From NCBI RefSeq assembly GCF_963921235.1, contig NC_086097.1, positions 32,924,001-32,988,000 of the forward strand: a DNA stretch of 64,000 nt. The letters are read 5' to 3'. The notes under the pieces are model-generated. The model saw only the letters and a program-made list of their open reading frames with translations, was not told the origin of the DNA and searched no databases. This DNA is from Mobula hypostoma. Its lineage: Eukaryota. Numbering within the stretch: the stretch's first letter is position 1; each line of letters begins with the position of its first letter. The position numbers were made by a program, and so were the translations under genes. Of the stretch, positions 12,262-25,519 are shown in pieces.

Positions 12262-12788
12262 ATTCCAGGCACCCATCACTCTCCGTGCAGAGGAAACAAA
12301 GTCTGCCCTGCATTTCTGCTTTGAACTTTCTCCTCTCACCATAAATGTATGCCCTCTAGTATTAGACATTTTGACCTCAATGATAAAGGTAACCAACTGT
12401 CTACTCATAATCTTATAAACCTCTCTCTCTCCTCAGCTGTCACCACTCCAGAGAAAACAACCCAAGTTTGTTCAACCTCTCCTTATAGCCTATCCCTTCT
12501 AATCCAGCAGCATTTTAAGAAACCTCTTTTGTACCACGTCCAAAGTCTTGACATCCTTCCTATAAAGGGGTGGCCAGAAGAGAATATGCAATCGAATCTA
12601 AAAAGAAATCCACAAAAGTTGGATTCTTAAAAATGTACAGGAGGCCAGTCAGAATTTGATAGTAAAGTACTGGTGAAGAGAACTTCAGTTGGTCCAGAGG
12701 AATTTGTAGAGAATGGGTCTGCAAGTGCGATAAGAACCAAACCATTGTCCCTGTGTTCATTCTTCATCTGAATTCAATGTTTTTCCAG

Positions 12789-12932
12789 TGAAGATGGTCC
12801 AATGGAGTTCCTGGAGATGAGTGGTCTGAAGTGGTGCAGGATGGACATGTTCATCTGGCGAAGAAGGTGACGTCTTCACTTGCGCTTGTGCATTGTATGT
12901 TGCTGATTGGTCTGGAGCCAAGCTAAGGAGAA
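12789..12932 (+). other. TTLL5: Probable spliced 5' UTR part of the TTLL5 start-codon exon
   Basis: Acceptor-like tgtttttccag ending at 12788 after a pyrimidine-rich stretch; non-repetitive sequence up to the ATG. No transcript evidence is available. Confidence 0.5.
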
Positions 12933-12994
12933 ATGCCTGCTGTAAGTCACGTTCCAGAGGATTCTCCTTCTTCCTCCGACGGGGAGGAGCATGA
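12933..12994 (+). CDS. TTLL5: TTLL5 first coding exon (MPAVSHVPEDSPSSSDGEEH+GA, phase 2)
   Basis: ATG at 12933 with an in-frame TAA at 12924-12926. The peptide resembles the vertebrate TTLL5 N-terminus (MP...SSS[DE]-acidic). Strong donor GA|GTAAGT at 12995; the phase-2 end joins the G at 29625 to form GAG. Confidence 0.85.
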
Positions 12995-13315
12995 GTAAGT
13001 CAGGTTAAATCCCTTCATGATCTTATTTCTCTATGTCTGTATAACATTCTGCTGCTCTCAAACTTCTCAGATTCAAGGCATTTGCAGTCACTCTTCCCTT
13101 TGTTTTGCTGGTGGATTCAGTCCCAACACTTCTTGTTTCCTGCAGTTTTGTTCCATCTTTTGGCTTTTGAAAGGACACTGCATTGTGTTAGCTTGGCTCT
13201 CCCTTTCTGCCGTGATCTGAAAACTCCTGAAATATACAGGTCCAGGACATCTCGGATTGAGTCCTCAGCATTCTTAAGTGGGAGGGTGAGCAGTCAGAGG
13301 TGGTGATCCATATAG

Positions 13316-16300
13316 TCATAGAAAAGTATGGCACAGAAACAGGCCCCTCAGCCCATCTAATCTGTCCAAACTATTTAAACTGCCTACTCTAATCAACCTG
13401 CACGGATTATAGCCCTCCATACCCCTACCATTCATGTATCTATCCACACTTCTCCTAAACATTGAAATCGAACTTGTTTTCACCACTTGTGCTGGTAGTT
13501 CATTCTGCACCCTCAGGATCCTCTGAGTGAAGAAGTTTCCCCTTGTGTTCCCCTTAAGCTTTTCACCTTTCACCCTTAGTTCATGACCTCTGGTTGTACT
13601 CTCACCCAATCTCAGTGGAAAGAAACCTGCTTGCATTTTCCATATCTATACCCCTCATAATTTTGTGTACCTCTATCAAATCTCCTCTCAATTTTCTACG
13701 TTCTAAGGAATAAAGTCCTTAACTACTCAATCTTTCCTTATGATTTGAGTCCTCCAGTCCCAGCAACATCTTTGGATATTTTATCTGTGCTCTTTCAACC
13801 TTTTTAACATAGAACATAGAATAGTACAGCACAGTACAGGCCCTTCGCCCCCCCAGTGTTGTGCCGACCCTCAAATCCTGCCTCCCATATAACCGCCCCC
13901 CCCAGCTTAAATTCCTCCATATACCTGTCTAGTAGCCTCTTAAATTTCACTGGTGTATCTGCCTCCACCACTGACTCAGGCAGTGTATTCCACGCACCAA
14001 CCACTCCCTGAGTAAAAAACCTTCCTCTAATATCCCCCTTGAATTTCCCACCCCTTACCTTAAAGCCATGTCACTTTGTATTGACCAGTGGTGCCCCGGG
14101 GAAGAGGCACTGGCTATCCACTCTATCTATTCCTCTTAATATCTTGTATACCTCTATCATGTCTCCTCTCACCCTCCTTCTCTCCAAAGAGTAAAGCCCT
14201 AGCTCCCTTAATCTCTGATCATAATGCATACTCTCTAAACCAGGCAGCATCCTGGTAAATCTCCTCTGTACCCTTTCCAATGCTTCCACATCCTTCCTGA
14301 GTGAGGTGACCAGAACTGGACACAGTACTCCAAGTGTGGCCTAACCAGAGTTTTAGAGAGCTGCATCATTACCTTGCGTCTCTTAAACTCTGTCCCTCGA
14401 CTTATGAAAGCTAACACCCCATAAGCTTTCTTAACTACCCTATCTATCTGTGAGGCAACTTTCAGGGATCTGTGGACATGTACCCCCAGATCCCTCTGCT
14501 CCTCCAAACTACCAAGTATCCTGCCACTTACTTTGTACTCTGCCTTGGAGTTTGTCCTTCCAAAGTATACCACCTCACATTTGTCCGGGTTGAACTCCAT
14601 TTGCCACTTCTCAGCCCACTCCTGCAACCCACCTGGCCAAACTTCCCTGGATCCCATACCTTCTGACTTTCTGAATAGGCCTACCATGTGGAACCTTGTC
14701 AAATGCCTTACTAAAATCCATATAGATCACATCTATTGCACTACCCTCATCTATATGCCTGGTCACCTCCTCAAGGAACTTCATCAGTCTTGTTAGACAC
14801 GATCTGCCCTTCACAAAGCCATGCTGACTGTCCCTGATCAGACCATGATTCTCTAAATGCCCAGAGATCCTATCTCTGAGAATCTTTTCCAACAGCTTTC
14901 CCACCACAGACGTAAGGCTCACGGGTCTATAATTACCCGGACTATCCCTACTATCTTTTTTGATCAAGGTGCACAACGTTCACCTCCCTTCAATCCTCTG
15001 GTACCATTCCCGTAGACAATGAGGACATAAAGATCCTAGCCAGAGGCTCAGCAATCTCTTCTCTCACCTCGTGGAGCAGCCTGGGGAATATTCCGTCAGG
15101 CCCCGGGGTCTTATCCGTCCTAATGTATTTTAACAACTCCAACACCTCCTCTCCCTTAATATCAACATACTGCAGAACATCAACCTCACTCATATTGTCC
15201 TCACCGTCATCAAGTTCCCTCTCATTGGTGAATACCGAAGAGAAGTATTCATTGAGGATCTCGCTCACTTCCACAGCCTCCAGGCACATCTTCCCACCTG
15301 TATCTCTAATCGGTCCTACCTTCACTCCTGTCATCCTTTTGTTCTTCACATAATTGAAGAATGCCTTGGGGTTTTCCTTTACCCTACTCACCAAGGCCGT
15401 CTCATGCCCCGTGCTTGCTCTCCTCAGCCCCTTCTTAAGCTCCTTTCTTGCTACCCTATATTCCTCAAAAAACCTTTCTGATCCTTGCTTCCTAAAGCTC
15501 ATGTATGCTGCCTTGTTCCATCTGACTAGATTTTTTCATATCTTTTCTGTAGGTAGGTGACCAGAACTGCACGCAATACTCCAAATTAGGCCTCACAACT
15601 TCACTGTAACATCCCATTTCCTATACTCAGTACTTTGATTTATGAATGTCGATGTGCCAAAAGCTTTCTTTACTACCTGTGACGCCACTTTCAATAAATT
15701 TTTGATCTGTATTCCCCTTTCCCTTTGTTCTGCCACCCTCCTCAATGCCCTACTGTTCACTTTGTAAGACCTACCCTGGTTGGTCTTACCAAAGTGCAAC
15801 ACCTCGCATTTGTCTGCTTTAAATTCCATCTGCCATTTTTAGCCCATTTTTTCAGCTGGTCCAGATCCTTGATAGCTATGATAGCCTCCTTCGCTGTCCA
15901 CTACACCCTAATTTGCAAATTTGCTGATCCAGTTAAACACATTATCATCTAGATCATTGGTATAGATGACAAACAACAACAGACCCAGCACCAGTCCCTG
16001 CGACATTCCACTAGTCACAGGCCTTCAGTCAGAGATGCAGCCATCTACTACCACTCTCTGGTTTCTCCCACAAAGCCATGGTATAATCCAATGTTGAATA
16101 ATCTTGAATGACGAGCTACTGAACATTTTTGACCAACCTCCCATGTGGGACCTTGTCAAATGCCTTGCTGAAGTCCGTGTAGACAACATCCACTACCTTG
16201 CCTTCATTCACTTTCCTGGTAACTTTTTCAACAAACTCTATTTGGTTAGGCAAGACAGACCACACAAGAAGCCATGTTAACTACCCTTAATCAGTCCGTG

Positions 16301-17518
16301 TCTATCCAAATACTTATGTATCTGGTCTATTAGAATACCTTCCAATAACTTTCCCACGACTAATGTTGGACTCAGAGGCTTATAATTTCCTGTTTATCTT
16401 TAGAGCCTTTCTTTAACGTTGGAACAACATTGGCTACACTCCAATCCCCTGGTAGCTCAGCTGTCGCCAAGGATTATTTGCTTATCTCTGATAGGGCCCC
16501 TGTAATCTCTGCACTTGCCTCCCGCAGGGTCTGAGGGAGCGCCTTGTCAGGCTCCTGTGAATTATCCACCCTAATTTGCCTCAGGAAGCAAACATCTCCT
16601 CCTCTGTAATCTGTGTCGGGCCCATGAAGTTGATGCACTTTACCTTATTTCTATAGACTTTGTGTCCATCTCCTGAGTAAATACTGATACAAAAAATTCA
16701 TTGAAGATTTCCACTATCTCTTTTGGCTCCAAACATGGTTGACCATTCTGATCTTCCAATTTTGTCCCGTGTAATCCTTTTGCTCTTAACATATCAGTAG
16801 AACCCCTTCTCCTTCCCCTTGTCTGCGAGAGCAGCTTCATGCCTTCTTTTAGCCCTCCTGATTTCTTTTTGAGTGTTTTCTTGCATTTCTTCTACTCCAT
16901 AAGCACTTCATTTGTTCTTACCTGCCAATACCTGCCAAGAACTTCTTTTCTTTTTTCTTAACCAGGGCCTCAATATCGCTTGAAAACCAAGGTTCCCTAC
17001 ATGTGTTATCTTTACTGTTTATTCTGACAGGCACATAAAATCTTTGTACTCTCAAAAAATTCACTTTTGGAGGCCTCCTTTTACCAAATATACCTTTTCC
17101 TGAAAACAGCCTGTTCCAATCTACATTTGCCGGATCCCTTTTGATACCATGAAAACTAGCCTTTCACCAATTTAGAATCTCAAACCGCAGGTCTTTTTGC
17201 ATATTTAGTTTGGAACTAATGGCATTCTGATCACTAGATGCAAATTGCTGCTCTACACAAACTTCTGTCACCTACCTGTCTTATTCCCTAATAGTAGTTC
17301 AAGTATCCCACACTCTCTTGTTGGGACTTCTACGTACTGATAAAGGAAACTTTCCTGAACACACTTGACAAACTCTATCCTATCACTCCTTTTATAGTAT
17401 GGGAATCCCAATCAAAATGTGGAAAGTTAAAATCACCTACTATAACAACTAGTGTTTCTTGCAATAGTCTGCAATCTCTTCAAATTTGTTCCCCTAATCT
17501 CTTGGACTGTTGGGTGGT
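13316..17518 (-). mobile_element. CR1 LINE, 5'-truncated in the endonuclease domain; host of a second CR1
   Basis: 3' tail at 13316; RT remnants at 15550-16600; endonuclease remnants (RPPNS, GDFNFP) at 17400-17518. Confidence 0.88.
13805..15530 (-). mobile_element. Younger CR1 LINE 3' fragment nested in the preceding CR1
   Basis: Own tail AACATAGAACATAGAA at 13806; long ORFs PGNYRPVSLTSVVGKLLE..QHGF..YMDFSKAFDKVPH and KTPGPDGI. Confidence 0.88.
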
Positions 17519-19239
17519 GCCAATGACATAGGTAGGAAGAGGGACGAAGTTCTGCAAATTGAGTTCAGGGAGTTAGGTGCCAAATTTAAGGGCAGGACCT
17601 CCAGGGTTGTGTTCTCCAGATTGCTACCTGTGCCACATGCTAGTGAGGCCAGAAATAAGAAGTTTAACACATAGCTAAGGAGATGGTGCAGGAGATAGAG
17701 CTTCAGATTTTTGGGTCATTGGGCTTTCTTCCAGGGAAGCTGGGACTTATACAGAAGAGATGGTTTACACCTATACTGGAGGGGGGACTAGTATTCTAGC
17801 AGGAAAGTTTGCTCGTACTACATGGGGTGGGGGTGCAGGGTTTAAACTAGAGTTGCAGGGCGATGGGAACCAGAGTGTCAGAACAGATAGTAGGTTGTGG
17901 AGATAGATGTTGTTAAGAGCTCAGGAAAAGTCAGGAAGCTAAAGGTTGAGAATGGTTGTGCATTCTTCAGTACAAGAAGTGTTATAGGAAAGGCAGATGA
18001 GCTCAGGGCATGGATCAACACCTGGATTTATGATTTTGTAGCAATTATTGAGACGTGGTTGCTGGAGGATCAGGGCTGACGGTTCAATATTCTGAGATCC
18101 CGTCATTTTATATGTAATAGAGTGAGAGGGATTAAAGGGAGAATGGTGGTGTTACTAGACAGGGACAATGTCACAGAAGTGCTCAGTCTGGACAGACTGG
18201 AGAACTTGTCTAGTGGGGCTTCATGGGTGGAACTGAGGAATATGACCACATTAATGAAGCTATATTATAGACCACCCAACAGTCCGTGGGATTCAGAGGA
18301 ATGGTAGATGATTTTAACTTTCCACATATTGACTGGGACTCCCATACTAATAAAGGACTAGATGGGATAGTTTTGTCAAATGTTTTCAGGAAAGTTTTCC
18401 ATCATCAGTACATAGAAGTTCCAACAAGAGAGTGTGTGATACCAGATCTCCTATTGGGGACTGAGACAGGGCAAATGACAGATGTTTGTGTAGGGGAGCA
18501 CTTTGCATTTAGTGATCATAATACAATTAGTTTCAAGGTAATTATGGAAAAGGATAGGTCTGCTCCTTGGTCTAAGATTCTCAATTGGAGATAGGCCAAT
18601 TTTGATGGTATCAGAAAGGATCTGGCAAGTGTGAATTGGGATGGGCTCTTTTCTGGCAAAGGTGTACTTAGTAAACGTGAGGCCTTCAAAAATGAAATTT
18701 TGAGCGTGTAATGCTTATACGTGCCTGTCAGAATATAAGGCAAGCATAACAGGTTTAGGGTAACTTCATTTTCAAGAGATATTGAAGCCGTGGTTAAGAA
18801 AAAAAAAGGGAGGTGTATTGCAGGTATAAACAAGTGAGAACAAATGGAGTACTTGAGGTGAAAAAGAAATGCAAAAGAATGCTTGAGAAAAAAAATCAGG
18901 AAGGTTAAAAGAAGGCATGGGATTGGTTTAGCAGACAAGGTGAAGGAGAATCCAAAGATTCTCAGATATGTGAAAAGCAAAATGATTACAAAGACAAAAA
19001 TGGCCCTCTGGGAGGTCAGAATGGTGATTTATGCATGGGGTCAAAAGGAATAGATTACAGATACAGTGTCTATGAAAGTGAAGCAAAGCAGCTGTGAGGT
19101 CATGGACCCTATACAGATTATACAGATGAGGCAAATCAGGGTGGACAAATCCCCAAGGCCTGACGAAGTGTTCCTTTAGACCTTGTGGGAGGCAAGTTCA
19201 GAAATTGCAGGGGCCATAGTGGTGATAAGTATTTTTTTT

Positions 19240-19860
19240 TAGATTAGATCACTCAGTCCTCGTTTATTGTCATTTAGAAATGCATGCATTAAAAAATGAT
19301 ACAATATTCCTCCAGAAAGATATCACAGAAACACAGGACAAACCAAGACTAACTGACAAAACCACATAATTATAACATATAGTTACAACAGTGCAAAGCA
19401 ATACTGTAATTTGATAAAGAGCAGACCATGGGCACGGCAAAAAAAGTTTCAAGTCCCGATAGCCCCATCATCTCACGCAGACGGAAGCGCCGCAAACTTG
19501 CCGATGCATTGGAGCACCCGACCGCAGCAGACTCTGAGTCCGTCTGAAAACTTCGAGCCTCCGACCAGCCCTCCGACACCGAGCACCAAGCACCATCTCT
19601 GCCGAGTGCTTCAACCCCGTCCTGGCTGCCGAGCAACAAGCAAAGCTGAGGACTTGGGGCCTTCCCCTCCGGAGATTCTGGATCACACAGTAGCAGTGGT
19701 GGCGAAACAGGCATTTCAGAAGTTTCACCAGATGTTCCGCCATACTCTCACGTCTGTCTCCATCAAATCATGATTGTGCACGACATCTTACTTGACAAAT
19801 AACAGATATCATTCACCGGAGAGGCTGCTGCAAGCTGCGTTGCACCGCCATCTTCTCCTT
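19240..19860 (-). mobile_element. ~620-bp non-coding SINE-like element, copy 1
   Basis: Colinear similarity to 48968-49584; minus-strand start GGAGAAGATGGCGG; inserted in a CR1. Confidence 0.75.
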
Positions 19861-21165
19861 CTTCCACTCACCTTCGAGGAGAAGATATTTAAATCATCCT
19901 TAGCGACAGGTGAGGTACCAGAGGATTGGAGGATAGGTAATGTTGTTCTTTTGTTTAAGAAAGGCTCTAAGAATAAACCAGGAAATGACAGGCCGGTGAG
20001 CCTGAGATCAGTAGTGGGAAAGTTATTCAAAGGTATTGTAAAGGACTGGATATATGAGTATTTGGATAGACAAAGACTGATTAGGGATAGTCAGCATGGT
20101 TTTGTAGGTTGTGTCTAACAATCTCGGATTTTTTTTGAGGAGTACTATGAAGTTGATAGGCAAGGCAGTAGAATCAGAATCAGGTTTAATATCACTGGCA
20201 TATGTCGTGAAATTTGTTGTTATTTGGCATCAGTAGATTGCAATACATAATAAAAACTGTAACTTACAGTAAGTATGTGTGTTTAAAAAGTTAAGTAGTG
20301 CAAAAAGAGAAAAAATAACTAGTGAGTTGGTGTTAATGGTTTCAATGTCATTCAGAAATCTGATGGCAAAGGGGAAGAAGCTAATCCTGAATCGTTGAGT
20401 GTGTGCTTTTAGCTCCTGTATCTTCTCCGTGATGGTAGAAAGGAGAAGAGGGTGTGTCCTGGGTGATGGGGGTCCTTAATGATGGATGCTATCTTTTTAA
20501 CGGCATCATTCCTTGAGGATGTCCTGGATGCTGAGAAGGCTGGTGCTCATGATGGAGCTGACTGAGTTTACAACTTTTGGCAGCTTATTTCGATTCTTTG
20601 CAGTAGTTGTCATCTGAAAATTTGAAGATGGCATTTGAGCTGTGCTTAGCCACACACTCATGAGTATAGAGAGAGTAGAGTAGTGGGCTAAGCGCACATT
20701 CTTGAGGTGCACCAGTGTTGATTATTAGCAAGTTGCAAATGTTATTTCTGATCTGCACAGACTGTCATCTTACAGTGAGGAAATCAAGGATCCTGTTGCA
20801 GAGGAGGTACAGATGCCCAGGTTTTGGAGCTTTTTGATCAGGAACTGTAGGAATGATTATGTTAAACACTGAGCTGTAGTTAATAAACAGCAGCCTGAAG
20901 TATTAGTATTATCCAGTGATCTCATCTGCTGTAGACCGATTGTGGTGATAAGCAAATTGCAGTGGGTCCAGGTCCTTGCTCAGACAGGAGTTGATTGTAG
21001 CATAACCAAACTCTCAAATTGTTTCATCACCATAGATGTGAGTGCTACTGGATGCTAGTTGTTAAGGCACTTCATCCTTCTCTTCTTGGGTACTGGTATG
21101 ATTGTTGCCCTTTTGAAGCAGGTGGGAACTTCGGACTGTAGAAATGAGAGATTGAAATGTCTTTG

Positions 21166-21166
<1 letters not shown>

Positions 21167-21198
<32 letters not shown>
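21167..21198. repeat. (AC)16 microsatellite
   Basis: Directly visible. Confidence 0.95.
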
Positions 21199-21202
<4 letters not shown>

Positions 21203-21950
21203 CAACACCGGTTGGTTGGCACAGGTTTTCAGAGCCCTGCCAGGTACAGTATACCATCGCGTCCTGTTGCCTTGCAAGGGTTCACCCTCTTGAAAGACGT
21301 TTTGACATTGGCCTCCGAGACAGAGATCACAGTCACCAGATGCTTCGGCTGTAGTTTTATTCTTCCTTTCAAAGTGGGCATAAAAGGCTTTGAGCTTATC
21401 TGGAAGTGAAGCATCACAGCCTGACATGACATTAGGTTTCACTTCGTCGGAAGTAATGGCCTACAAACACTGCCCCAGTTGATGTGTATCCAATTCCACC
21501 TCTGATTTCAATCAGAACTGTTTTTTTTTTCTCTTGAGATGGTCCTCTGTCAGTCATACTTGACTTTCTTGTATAGTCCTGGTTCACCAGACTTGAATGC
21601 CACAGATCTAGCCTTTAGCAGACAGTGAATCTTCTGGTTCTCCATGGATTTTGATTCAGATATATACGGTATGTTTTCGAAGGCACACACTTATCCACAC
21701 AGGTTTTAATGAAGTCAGTGATAACTGTGGCGTATTCATTCAGACTCGAATATAAATCCCTGAATTCAGTCCAGTCCGTTGACTTAAAGCAGTCCTGTAA
21801 GCACTCCTGCACCTCCGTTGTCCATACCGTTTTGGTCCTCACAACTTATGATGTGGTCTTCAGTTGCTGCCTATATTCAGGGAGTAGAAGTACAGCCAGG
21901 TGATCAGACTTTCCAAAGTGTTGTTATGGGGTGGCACAGTAAGCACTCTT

Positions 21951-23212
21951 TCTTTTCTTTTTCAATCTTTTTATTAATTTTGAAGTATAGAAACAAAACA
22001 TAGCAACAATACAAGTAGTAGGAGATATATTGTTACACTTAGGAAAAGTAATTATAAAATCAAATAGTGTAAGTTAACAAAACTCCCAATCATGTAGAAC
22101 TGACAACGGATAATACAAATCAAAAAAAAAGAAAAAAAATCATGAAAAAGAAAAAAAAAACAAAGCCAAAAAAAAAAACAAACCCCATCCCCAAAGAAAA
22201 ACAAAATTATTCAACTAAACTAAAAGACTTGGGCAAAACTAACAACTTAAAAATGGAAAAGAAGAAAACCTTAGTGTCGACGACTCCATTCCCCTCCAAC
22301 AACAGTACAGAGAGATAAAACAAGTTTGGAAATGATCAAATTACATCAAATGAAAATGCTGAATGAATGGCCTCCAAGTTTTTTCAAACTTAATGGAAGG
22401 GTCATAAACTGCACTTCTAATTTTCTCCAAATTCAAACACACCATAGTTTGTGAAAACCAATGAAATACCTTAGGAGGGTTAATCTTTCCAATTCAACAA
22501 AATGGACCTTCTAGCCATTAAAGTAAGAAATGCAATTATCCTTCTTGATGAAGAGGTTAAATTATTTAAGTCTATCATTGGTAGTCCAAAGATAGCAGTA
22601 ATTGGATAAGGTTGTAAGTCTATGTTTAGGACCGTTGAAATAATACCAAAAATATCTTTCCAATATTTCTCCAACAAGGGACATGACCAAAACATGTGGG
22701 TTAAAGAAGCTATCTCGGAATGACATTTGTCCCATATTGGATTAATATAAGAGTAATAACGAGATAGTTTATCTTTGGACATATGAGCCCTATGCACTAC
22801 TTTAAACTGTATCAACCTGTGCTTAGCGCATACAGAGGATGAATTCACCAACTGAAGAATTTTTTCCCATTTTTCAGTCGGTATATTAATCTCAAGTTCT
22901 CTTTCCCAGTCAGCTTTAATTTTATTAGAAGCATCAGGACATAAATTCATAATTATATTATATATAATTGCTACTACACTTTTCTGAGAGAGATTTAAAT
23001 CTAAGATTTTTTCCAAAATGTCCATTGGATATGGGTGTGGAAAATTAGGGGAAACAGTAATTAAAAAGTTTCTAATCTGTAAATATCTAAAAAAGTGAGA
23101 TCTGGGTAAATTATATTTATTAGAGAGTTGATCAAAAGACATAAAACAATTATCCAAAAATAAATCGCGAACAGATATTATACCTTTGGTTTTCCAATCA
23201 AAGTAAGCTTGA
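21951..23212 (-). mobile_element. 5'-truncated L1/Tx1-clade LINE (ORF2 C-terminal zinc-finger region plus 3' UTR) with an 11-bp TSD
   Basis: TAAGCACTCTT at 21940-21950 and 23213-23223; 225-aa ORF with HFFRYLQIR, IQFKVVHRAH and KC..LTHMFWSC..YW; AATAAA plus an A-rich tail at the 21951 end. Confidence 0.92.
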
Positions 23213-24689
23213 TAAGCACTCTTAATGGTAGTATAATAGTGGTCTTGTGTGTTGGCTCCTCTGGCTCCACACGTGATATGTTGGTGATAATTATTTAGGG
23301 ACTTTTTTAACCTGGCTGGTTAAAATCCCCCAGAAGATGGGGAAGGCACCAGAGTATGCTGTTTCATGCCTGTTAATCATGTCACTCATTTTGTCAGAGC
23401 CTATTTGACATGGGCCTGAGGTGGAATGTACACCGTGACCAAATTGATGTTGTCTACGTGGACTTCAGCAAGGCATTTGACAAGTGTCTGCATTGGAGGT
23501 TGGTCAAAAAGGTTCAGTTGCATGGCATTTAAGATGAGGTAGTAAACTGGATTAAACATTAGCTTCGTGGGTGAAGCCAGAGGGTGGTAGTAGAAGGTTG
23601 CTTCTCTGACTGGAGGCCTGTGACTAGTGGAATGTTGCAGGGATTGGTGGTGTTGTTTGTCATCTATATCAATGACCTAGGTGATAATGTAGTTAACTAA
23701 ATCAGCAAATTTGCGGTTGACACCAAGATTGGGGGTATAGTGAACAGTGAGAAAGACTAACAAAGCTTGCAGTGGGATCTGGACCAGTTGGAGAAATGGG
23801 CTGAGATGTGGTAGATGGAATTTAACGCCGACAATTGTGAGATGTTGCACTTTTGGGAGGACCGACCAGGGTAGGTCTTACATAATGAGTGGTTGGGCAC
23901 TAAAGAGTGTGATAGAACGAAAGGATCTGGGAATACAGGTCCATAATTCATTGAAAGTGGTGTCACACTTAGATTCAGTTGTAAAGAAAACTTCTGGCAC
24001 ATTGTCCTTCATAGATTAAAATATTGAGTGTAGGAGTCGGGACTGGAGGACCTAAATTATAAGGGGGGATTGAATAGGTTATAACTTTATTCCCTAGAAC
24101 GTAGAAGATTGAGGGGAAATTTGATGGAGGTATACAACATTATGAGGAGTATAGCTAGGGTAAATGCAAGTAGGCTTTATCCACTGGGGTTGGGTGAGAC
24201 TACAACTAGAGGTCATGGGTTAAAGGTGAAATGTTCAAGGGGAACATGAAGGGAAACTACTTCACTGAGGGTGGTGAGAGTGTGGAACAGGCTGCCAGTG
24301 CAAGTGGTGGAAATGATTTTGATTCGAACATTTAAGAAAAGTTTGGAAAGCCACATAGCTGGGAGGGGTATGGAGGGTTATGGTCTGGGTGCAGGTCAAT
24401 GGGACTAGCCAGTTTAAATGGTTTGACACAGACTAGGTAGGCCAAAGGGCCTATTTCTGTGCTGTAGTTTTCTATGACTCTATGAACAAATGTTGTTCTG
24501 TTATTTTCCAGTTCGTGTAACTTGGATGAATCTTTGGCATAAATCACAGTATAAGGGAAGTCTGTGAGACAATTTAATCCGCCCTTGTAATCTACCGTGC
24601 ATAATAGACATTTTTATGTCTCACCCATCAGTGCACCATTTTAAGAGGACTATCTTAACAATGCAGTTGTGGAGGAGTTTATTTGTCAC

Positions 24690-25490
24690 ATAAGACCAAA
24701 AGATGTAGGAGCAGAATTAGACCATTTGGCCCATTGAGTCTGCTTTGCCATTTCTTTATGGCTGATCCATTTTTCCTCTGAGCTCCAATCTGCTGCCTTC
24801 TCCCCATATCCTTTCATGTCCTGACCAATCAAGAATCTATTAACTTCCGCCTTAAATATATATTTAAGACTTGGCCTCCACAGCAGCCTGTGGCAACGAA
24901 TTCCACAGATTCACCACTCTCTGGCTAAAGAAATTCCTACTGATCTCTGTTCTAAAAGGACACCGCTCTATTCTGAGGCTGTGTCCTTTGGTCTTAGACG
25001 CTCCTACCATAGGAAACATCCTCTCCACGTCTACTCTACCAAGGCCTTCGTAATGACTTTTTTGTTGCTTTCTGTTGGTACTGAAAAATTTACTAATCCT
25101 TTAACTTCCCACTAATTTTTACTCTATTAAATGTCCTCACTTTGGCTTTTATGTTGGCTTTGATTTTCCTTTTTAGCCACGGTTGTGTCATCTTGCCTTT
25201 AGGATATATCTTCCTCTTTGGGATGTATATATCCTGTGCCTTCTGAATTACTTCCAGAAATTCCAGCCGTTGCTGTTCTGCTGTTATCCCTGCCAGTGTT
25301 GTGTTCCAGTCAATTTTGGCCAACTCCTCTCTCATGCCTCCGGAATTCCCTTTACTCCTCTGTAATACTGATACATCTGACTTTAGATTCTCCTTCTCAA
25401 AATTCAGGCTGATTTCATTCATGGTACAATCACTTGTCTTTTAGAGTTCTTTTACCTTATGCTCTCTAATCAATTCTGGTTCATTGTAAA
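24690..25490 (-). mobile_element. CR1 LINE fragments (3' tail joined to a more 5' ORF2 piece)
   Basis: Tail TAAGACC..TAGGAGCAGAATTAG; RNFFSQRVVNLWNSLP; MREELAKIDW..QPWL. Confidence 0.8.
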
Positions 25491-25519
25491 ACATTGTGCA
25501 CAGTGTGCAACAAAGAAAC

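Larger units (their letters stand above)
20170..23390 (-). mobile_element. Decayed Rex1/Babar-like LINE interrupted by an L1
   Basis: (AGAATC)n tail at 20170; VNPCKATG.DG; LQDCFKSTDWTEF..YATVITDFIKTCV; endonuclease end (HHITCG..LD) near 23240-23300. Confidence 0.82.
17519..24483 (+). mobile_element. CR1 LINE from ORF1 (SGNH esterase part) to the 3' tail, split by insertions at ~19230-19870 and ~20170-23430
   Basis: ANDIG..SRVVFS.LLPVP..DGLHL (17520-17780); endonuclease YRPPN/DFNFP; RPVSL..QHGF (19990-20105); DFSKAFDK resumes at 23460; tail CTATGACTCTATGA at 24483. Confidence 0.88.

Noticed and set aside
1..12788. TTLL5 promoter, CpG island or a divergent neighbour gene
   Set aside because: No CpG island or exon-like host coding sequence is visible; the region is almost entirely TE-derived.
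22480..23157. Longest ORF (225 aa) as an antisense nested gene
   Set aside because: It is L1/Tx1 ORF2 C-terminus within a TSD-bounded, 5'-truncated insertion.
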